Below are positions 58,141 through 64,000 of a stretch of 64,000 bases of DNA, piece by piece. The stretch is from Fibrobacteria bacterium (lineage in GTDB: Bacteria; Fibrobacterota; Fibrobacteria; UBA5070). The notes below the pieces were generated by a model that saw only the letters and a program-made list of their open reading frames with translations, did no database searches and was not told where the DNA came from. The stretch lies in the NCBI GenBank assembly GCA_035352895.1, contig DAOPYN010000017.1, positions 1 through 64,000 on the forward strand, read 5' to 3'. The first letter of the stretch is position 1, and each line of letters starts with the position of its first letter. Made by a program: the position numbers and the translations under genes.

Positions 58141-59943
58141 ATGAAATTCGGATTCAAACTCGCCCTGTTCGCAACGCTTTCCGGCACCGTCGCCGCCCAG
58201 GCCCAGAAATTCGCTCCCGCCGACTACCAGAAGGCGCTGTGGATGACCACGCGCTTCTACGGTGGCCAGCGCTCCGGACATGGCCCCAACTGGCTTCTGA
58301 TGGACCACAAGTACAAGGTCTCCTACGTGCGCGACAGCGCCGACGGCCGCGACCTGGTGGGTGGGTGGATGGACTGCGGCGATTTCCCGCTGTTTGGCCA
58401 GACCTTCTTCTACAGCACCTACGCCCTGCTCCAGGCCTACGACGCGTTCCCCACCGGATTCCCCGACCAATACCACGGGTTCGACTACAGCGACTACGCC
58501 GCCGCCAAGGACTTCACCTACGGCGCCAGCCAGCCCGATGGCATCCCCGACCTCCTCCAGGAAGTGAAATACGCCACCGACTGGATCCTCAAGGCGACGC
58601 CGGACAACCAGACGTTCTACTTCCAGAAGGGAACGGGCGGCAACTACAACGGCACTCCCTCCAAGCCCTACGGCGAGCACGGTCGCTGGGTGACCTCCGG
58701 ATTCTACAGCGCCGAATTCGAAGCCATCGAGGGCGGCGAATACGACCGGGGCCGTCCCATCTTCAAGCTGGGCAAGAGTTCCGGACTCCCCGGAGAGGTG
58801 GTGATCAACGACGGCTCCATGCCCTCGTTCGCGGCGGCGGCCCTGGCATTGATGTCCATCCACTACCGCAAGTACGACGCCAAGTACGCCGACACCTGCT
58901 TGGCCCACGCACGGATCGCCTTCGACTACGCCAAGGCCCAGAACAGGACCGGCGGCACGGGCTTGACGGGATTCTACGGCGGCAACGACAAGATGGACGA
59001 CGACATCGTCACCGCCGCCTCGAGCCTTTACAAGGCCACAGGCGAGCAGACCTTCAAGGACTTCGCCGTCCAGAAGAAGAACTTCAGGATCAACAAGGGC
59101 TACACCCTTGCCTACTCCACCAACGACGATCTGGCCCTGTACACGGGCTGGCAGTTCGCGGGGATCCAGGAATACAAGGATTCCCTGCGGATCGGATTCG
59201 TGGACCGCTACAAGAGCAAGGCCACGGGCGAAGCCGGCCTTTCCACGATCGGCGACAAATGGGGATTCCTGCGGTATCCGGCAAACCAGGCCTTCGTGGC
59301 CAGTCTCTACTCCAAGGCCACGAACGATGTCGGCTACGAAACCTTCATCTACAACCAGGTCGACTACATCATGGGAGCCAATCCCCCCAAGCAGGCATTC
59401 ATCGTCGGATTCTGCTCGGGCTGTTCCAAGACCGCCGATTGGCCCCACCATCGCAACGTGTACTTGAGCGACATGGACAATCCCAAGGCGATCAAGGCGA
59501 TCCCCGCCCGCAACAAGGAATTCGGGTACATGCTGGGCTTCACCAACAAGATCGCCGACAGCCTCAACCAGTACATCGACAACTACCAGCAGACGGAAGG
59601 CGGCCTCGACTACAATGCAGGGCTGGTGGGAGCGCTGGGCTACATCAACTCCAAGCTCAATCCCGTGGACACGTCCAAGCTGGGCGCAAGCGGCGTGCAG
59701 GTCGCACGCCCCCGGCAGGCCAATGCGCTGGTGCACCGCACTTCGCAGGGCCTGGTGGTCTCGCTGCCCTTCGGGGAGGCGATGCGCTCGGTGGTCGCCA
59801 AGGACCTCCGGGGACGCGAGATCGCTCGGTTCGCCCCTAACCGAACCGAATTGGTCTGGGACGCACCGGCGGGAACCTGGCTTTTGGAGGTGGTCTCGGG
59901 CTCCGGTACGGTCCACCGGACCAGGACGGTGGTCGCCCGCTAA
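58141..59943 (+). CDS. Glycoside hydrolase family 9 endoglucanase with Arg-rich C-terminal domain
   Basis: Signal peptide MKFGFKLALFATLSGTVAAQA; GH9-like DLVGGWMDCGDF and K-TADW-PHHR signature; C-terminal basic domain. Confidence 0.8.
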   Translation: MKFGFKLALFATLSGTVAAQAQKFAPADYQKALWMTTRFYGGQRSGHGPNWLLMDHKYKVSYVRDSADGRDLVGGWMDCGDFPLFGQTFFYSTYALLQAYDAFPTGFPDQYHGFDYSDYAAAKDFTYGASQPDGIPDLLQEVKYATDWILKATPDNQTFYFQKGTGGNYNGTPSKPYGEHGRWVTSGFYSAEFEAIEGGEYDRGRPIFKLGKSSGLPGEVVINDGSMPSFAAAALALMSIHYRKYDAKYADTCLAHARIAFDYAKAQNRTGGTGLTGFYGGNDKMDDDIVTAASSLYKATGEQTFKDFAVQKKNFRINKGYTLAYSTNDDLALYTGWQFAGIQEYKDSLRIGFVDRYKSKATGEAGLSTIGDKWGFLRYPANQAFVASLYSKATNDVGYETFIYNQVDYIMGANPPKQAFIVGFCSGCSKTADWPHHRNVYLSDMDNPKAIKAIPARNKEFGYMLGFTNKIADSLNQYIDNYQQTEGGLDYNAGLVGALGYINSKLNPVDTSKLGASGVQVARPRQANALVHRTSQGLVVSLPFGEAMRSVVAKDLRGREIARFAPNRTELVWDAPAGTWLLEVVSGSGTVHRTRTVVAR

Positions 59944-59979
59944 GGGGAAACCAGAGCGCCATCGGCTACATTTCCTCGC

Positions 59980-60129
59980 ATGCAGGAAACGTCGGTCAAC
60001 GGCCTCTCGCGGGGTTCGATCCACGCCCTGGTGGCAGTCGCGGACACCAAGGTGGCGATGCACGCCAGGATCCAGGACGGCCAGTCCTCCGGGTCCTTCG
60101 TTGCCCGCGCCTACCTGGGCGGAGACTGA
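59980..60129 (+). CDS. Unannotated 49-aa ORF immediately upstream of the radical SAM pair (candidate precursor/substrate peptide)
   Basis: ATG..TGA, MQETSVNGLSRGSIHALVAVADTKVAMHARIQDGQSSGSFVARAYLGGD; strong GC3 bias; 30 nt before the rSAM start; absent from the ORF track (shorter than the cutoff). Confidence 0.3.
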   Translation: MQETSVNGLSRGSIHALVAVADTKVAMHARIQDGQSSGSFVARAYLGGD

Positions 60130-60159
60130 CCCCACCCCTCCTTTCCCAAGGCCCCCGCA

Positions 60160-61179
60160 ATGAAGATCTCGCCCAAGCACCTGCGCTACTCCTGGAACTT
60201 CCTCCGCCGGGGAATGGCCCACCTGAACCTGCAGCTCCTGTACAACTGCAACTTCCGGTGCGGCATCTGCGACTTCTGGCACCCCGAATGGCAGGCCAAG
60301 CCCAAGCTTAGCCTGGCCCAGGTGGAGACCATCCTGGAAAAGCTCCGGGGACGCCCCCCGCTTCTGATCTCCATCGGTGGAGGCGAGCCCCTTCTGCATC
60401 CGGAGCTGGCCCCCATCGCGCGAGCGCTTTGCCGCGACCATTTCGCGGTGATGATCTGCAACGGCTGGTTCATGACCCGCGAGAAGGCCAGGGAACTTTG
60501 GGAAGCGGGTCTGTACGAGGTGTCGATTTCCGTCGACTACCTGTCCCCGCAACGGCACGACACCCACAGGAACATGCCGGGCGCCCACGGGAGGGCCATC
60601 GAAGCCCTGAAGTTGCTGGTCCAGGAGCGCGTGCACCCCCACCAGCGCGTGCACATGATCACGGTGGTGATGGACGACAACCTCGAGGACATCGAACCCC
60701 TGTGCGAACTCGCCGAATCCATCGGCGTCACCTACCTGGTGACCTTCCACAGCACCTCGCGGGGCCGCAAGGAGAAACGCGCCGCGCCGGCCGAAGTGGG
60801 GCGCCGACTGGTGGAGATCAAGAAGCGCCATCCGGAATCGTTCGTGGCGCTGCAAGGCTACCTGGAAGCGTACGCCGACGCCGGCGAAGACGGCGAGATC
60901 AAGCCCTGCCGGGCAGGAAGGAACCTGTTCAACATCGACAGCACGGGCGCCGTGTCCACCTGCATCGACCGTCTGGACGACCCGGTGGGCAACATCCTGG
61001 AAGACGACGTGGACACCCTGTACCGCCGCCTCGCCGACCAGCAGAGGACTTCCGATTGCGGTGCCTGCTGGACCAGCTGCCGGGGACCGGTGGAGACCAT
61101 GATGTACGGAAGGGAGCGTTTGCGGAACCTCCGCGACATGGACAACATGCTGAAGGACGTCCCCTTGGTCCGCACCTGA
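60160..61179 (+). CDS. Radical SAM enzyme with C-terminal SPASM/twitch-like Cys cluster
   Basis: CNFRCGICDF (CX3CX2C) at residues 29-38; GGGEPLL; C-terminal Cys set C-x..C(ID)...CGACWTSC. Confidence 0.85.
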   Translation: MKISPKHLRYSWNFLRRGMAHLNLQLLYNCNFRCGICDFWHPEWQAKPKLSLAQVETILEKLRGRPPLLISIGGGEPLLHPELAPIARALCRDHFAVMICNGWFMTREKARELWEAGLYEVSISVDYLSPQRHDTHRNMPGAHGRAIEALKLLVQERVHPHQRVHMITVVMDDNLEDIEPLCELAESIGVTYLVTFHSTSRGRKEKRAAPAEVGRRLVEIKKRHPESFVALQGYLEAYADAGEDGEIKPCRAGRNLFNIDSTGAVSTCIDRLDDPVGNILEDDVDTLYRRLADQQRTSDCGACWTSCRGPVETMMYGRERLRNLRDMDNMLKDVPLVRT

Positions 61180-62201
61180 TGCGCGCCGAGCTCGCCTACC
61201 TCCGCCACCTGTGGTGGCCGTCCGCCCGGCGCTGGGACCCGTTGCTCGCCATCTACTACCTCACCTGGTCGTGCGACTTCCGCTGTCCCTACTGCTCCGA
61301 CGGCCAGGGGAACCCCTACCCCTCCCAGAAGGCCCAGACCCTCCCGGCCAAGCGGGTGCTGGAATTGATGGGGATCGTGCGCCGGAACTGCCCGAACGTG
61401 GAGTTCACGGGCGGGGAACCCCTCCTCCACCCCGAGGTGGACCAGGTCCTGGAGGGACTGCCTGGGCTGGGGTTTGCAGACACCATACTGACCACCAACG
61501 GCTGGCACCTGGAAAGTCGGCTGGAACTCGTGGGACGCGCCATTACCAAGCTGGTGGTGAGCCTGGACACCTTGGACCACATCCTCGCCGAGCGCTGGTA
61601 CGGCAAGGGCGAAGGCACCCTGGAACGGATCCAGCGGGCCATCCAGGCCGCATCCCGACTGCCAAGGACGGAACTTGTCGTGTCGGCCGTGGCCACCGCG
61701 GAAAACTGCCGCGGCCTGCCCGAAGTGGCCCGCTTCGCCTGGGACCTGGGCGCGACCTTCGCCTGCTATCCCGAGCTTCGCGGCACCACCGCCCCGGAAG
61801 GGCTTCGCGAAGCCGACGGCTACGTGGATCTGTACCGGTTCTTGATCGAGCACAAGCGCAAGGGACGGAAGATCTTCGCCACCACCAAGGCCCTGGAGTG
61901 GATGCGCGATCTGGCCGCTTTCCCTTGCCACCCCTCCACGCTGGTGGCCATCGCTCCTGGGGGCTCGGTGATGTGGCCTTGCCTGGAAATCGGGAAGGTC
62001 GGCGGAAACCTCTTTTTGCAACCCGATCTCAACGCCCTCTACGCACAAGCCTGGGAAGCGCACGGCGGCCCTCCACGCTGCGGAAACCAGTGCCACAGCG
62101 CCTGCAGCCTGGGGTTTTCCTCCATCCTGGAACATCCATCCACCCTGCTCCGGGAGGCCTTCGCCGACATCCGCGGGGCGATCCGAAGGAGCACTCCTTG
62201 A
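61179..62201 (+). CDS. Second radical SAM enzyme with C-terminal SPASM/twitch-like Cys cluster
   Basis: TGATG overlap with the previous gene; CDFRCPYC; TGGEPLL; C-terminal CHPS...WPC...PRCGNQCHSAC. Confidence 0.85.
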   Translation: MRAELAYLRHLWWPSARRWDPLLAIYYLTWSCDFRCPYCSDGQGNPYPSQKAQTLPAKRVLELMGIVRRNCPNVEFTGGEPLLHPEVDQVLEGLPGLGFADTILTTNGWHLESRLELVGRAITKLVVSLDTLDHILAERWYGKGEGTLERIQRAIQAASRLPRTELVVSAVATAENCRGLPEVARFAWDLGATFACYPELRGTTAPEGLREADGYVDLYRFLIEHKRKGRKIFATTKALEWMRDLAAFPCHPSTLVAIAPGGSVMWPCLEIGKVGGNLFLQPDLNALYAQAWEAHGGPPRCGNQCHSACSLGFSSILEHPSTLLREAFADIRGAIRRSTP

Positions 62202-62785
62202 GCCTGACGATTTTCGACACCACATTCCGTTTTTCCAGCTGGTTCTGGATCTTCGTGGCCGTCTTTTCCATGCGCAATCTCGCGGAGACCCTCCTGGTGA
62301 AGAAGCGGGCCTCCGGGGAGGACGGCCACCGCACCGGCGCCACGAGCCTGGCCCTGTTCGTGACCGCCTATTTCGTGGCGGGGTTCGGAACCGGATTCTT
62401 CCTGACCCTGCACACTCCCCACCCCGTCCTGTTCTGGACGGGAATGGTGGGATTCGTCGCGCTGCACCGGGTGCGGACCTGGATCCTGAGAGACCACCTC
62501 AAGGAAGGCTGGAATCCCTTCACCACCCCGCGAACCGATTCCCAACTGGCGACCTCGGGCCCTTACCGCTTCCTGCGCCATCCGCTCTACGCACTGCATC
62601 TGGTGGAGCTGGGTTGCCTTTGGTTGATCCTTCCCAACGCGATCGCCGCGATCGCTTGGCTGGTGGACCTCGCCGCAACCCTGGCGCGGATCCCGGGAGA
62701 GGAACGCCTCCTGGCCCAGCGCTACGGCTCCATGTGGGACCAATACGCGCGCCGCACGCGCCGTATGGTTCCCTGGATCTGGTGA
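62198..62785 (+). CDS. ICMT/PEMT-family integral-membrane methyltransferase (isoprenylcysteine carboxyl methyltransferase-like)
   Basis: TTG start overlapping the rSAM stop (TTGA); TM helices; SAM-binding signature SGPYRFLRHPLY and C-terminal E..L...(Y/F)G..W..Y. Confidence 0.7.
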   Translation: MSLTIFDTTFRFSSWFWIFVAVFSMRNLAETLLVKKRASGEDGHRTGATSLALFVTAYFVAGFGTGFFLTLHTPHPVLFWTGMVGFVALHRVRTWILRDHLKEGWNPFTTPRTDSQLATSGPYRFLRHPLYALHLVELGCLWLILPNAIAAIAWLVDLAATLARIPGEERLLAQRYGSMWDQYARRTRRMVPWIW

Positions 62786-62804
62786 GACGGACGGATCGCC
62801 GACT

Positions 62805-64000
62805 TCAGGCGGGATCCGGGCAGACCCGGGGGAGTTTGCGAATCCAAACCCCTTCCAAGCGCCCCGCCGCATCGTAGAAGCAACGAAGCCCCAGCCACAG
62901 GCGATCGTCCGTCGTGCGTTCGGTGACCCAAGCATCCACGTCTCCCTGCGACCGCAGGGGCTTGCCCAGCACCGCCTGCATCTGGGAACGCGTCATGCCG
63001 GGACGAATCTTCCCCTTGGCCAACGCGGGGAACGCACCCACCAGCAAGGCGTCGGAGCCATCGTATCCAACCATCCCGAAGGACCAGAACCGCGCCTCTC
63101 CTTCCCCGGCTCCGCATCTGGAAACGCTCTGCGGAAAGATCCAGCGAGTGGTACCAAGGGAGGCGGGAAGGAGATCGGGAACCAAGGCCTGCTTGGCGGG
63201 GGCGGTCTCGCCCGGCAGGCCCGAAAGCGCCCAACGCTCCAAGAGCGACTTGGCGACGGAATCCGCCAAGGTGGGGAACTCCTTGCAGGCGATCCGATCC
63301 GGTTTCTCCCCTGCGGGAAGTCCCAGCAGACGACTGCAAAGACGGTTCCCGGTCGCCTGGACCTTGGGAGCGGTTCCGCTCAGGCGGATCGAAGCCAGGC
63401 GATTGCCCGAGACATCCACCCGACGCAGCTCCGAAGGCCCCTCGGCGACGATCTCCAGGATCTCCAGGCGATTACCGGAAAGATCGATCTCCTCCAGCGA
63501 CGGAGGCACCAGGATGGACACAAGGCGTTTTTTGTCCAAACCGATCCTGGCCGCTCGGAACTTCCGCAGCCCCACCAGGGGACGCAGATCCAGGACCGCG
63601 GGGGCGCCCGCGGCGAATCCGAAGGTGTCCACCGGTCGCGAGAGGGTGATCTCGCCCACATGCCCCCATAGGTCCGGCCAAGCGACGGCCATGGGCTCCA
63701 CCGGACTCGTGTACCAGCCGTGGAGGATTCTCGAAACGGCCACCAATTCGCGGTTGGCCGTGGTGTCGCCGTTCATGAAGAGATCGCTCCAGGCATTGGG
63801 ATCGCGACTGCGCTCGGACGGATCCAACTGGACCGGTTTGCGCCGCGATGCACCGGTATCCGCCTGGACGGGCATGGATGCAGCCTTCACGGAATCCTTC
63901 GCGGGCGTCCTGGGCGTTGCCTTCACGGAATCCACTGGCTTGCCGACCTTCGCAAGGCTTGGCGCGTCTTTTCGGGAGCCGACGACGTGCGTCGCCACCT
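62805..64000 (-). CDS. LRR-containing hypothetical protein (partial; N-terminus beyond the window end)
   Basis: LRRs IDLSGNRLEILEI, VDVSGNRLASIRL, ATGNRLCSRLL; convergent with the methyltransferase gene. Confidence 0.5.
   Translation of the reverse strand, partial: VATHVVGSRKDAPSLAKVGKPVDSVKATPRTPAKDSVKAASMPVQADTGASRRKPVQLDPSERSRDPNAWSDLFMNGDTTANRELVAVSRILHGWYTSPVEPMAVAWPDLWGHVGEITLSRPVDTFGFAAGAPAVLDLRPLVGLRKFRAARIGLDKKRLVSILVPPSLEEIDLSGNRLEILEIVAEGPSELRRVDVSGNRLASIRLSGTAPKVQATGNRLCSRLLGLPAGEKPDRIACKEFPTLADSVAKSLLERWALSGLPGETAPAKQALVPDLLPASLGTTRWIFPQSVSRCGAGEGEARFWSFGMVGYDGSDALLVGAFPALAKGKIRPGMTRSQMQAVLGKPLRSQGDVDAWVTERTTDDRLWLGLRCFYDAAGRLEGVWIRKLPRVCPDPA

Overview
This is a GC-rich bacterial chromosomal window with strong GC3 codon bias. 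The long ORFs on opposite strands are mostly GC-bias artefacts, so I called about 55 genes from protein motifs. Content is housekeeping genes (thrS, metG, lysA, lspA, rluD, speA, nspC, folB, DEAD-box helicase, tRNA-Val) mixed with many secreted plant-cell-wall enzymes: GH5, GH9, GH10, GH26, GH43+CBM13, CE4, an expansin-like protein, and an unassigned GH-like protein with InlB B-repeats. Six to seven of these secreted enzymes end in the same Arg-rich ~70-80 aa C-terminal domain. Together with a TIGR02147-like N-terminus at the window edge, this points (by inference) to a Fibrobacterota-like lineage. Other blocks are a TetR-OMP-HlyD-fused ABC-2 permease efflux operon with no ATPase, a minus-strand polysaccharide locus (Wzm/Wzt plus four glycosyltransferases including a GT2-acetyltransferase fusion), a fatty-acid desaturase, a UbiA prenyltransferase, an LRR-Ser/Thr kinase, and an orphan histidine kinase. 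The best candidate for an undescribed system is at 59.98-64.0 kb. An unannotated 49-aa ORF precedes two tandem, translationally coupled radical SAM/SPASM-like enzymes, an ICMT-family membrane methyltransferase and an LRR protein. This is a putative RiPP-like or small-molecule modification cassette. A second finding read directly from the sequence is a TGTATC-N3-TGTAT direct repeat placed identically upstream of two paralogous GntR-type regulators, each divergent from a secreted hemicellulase. No CRISPR, transposase or integrase was seen.
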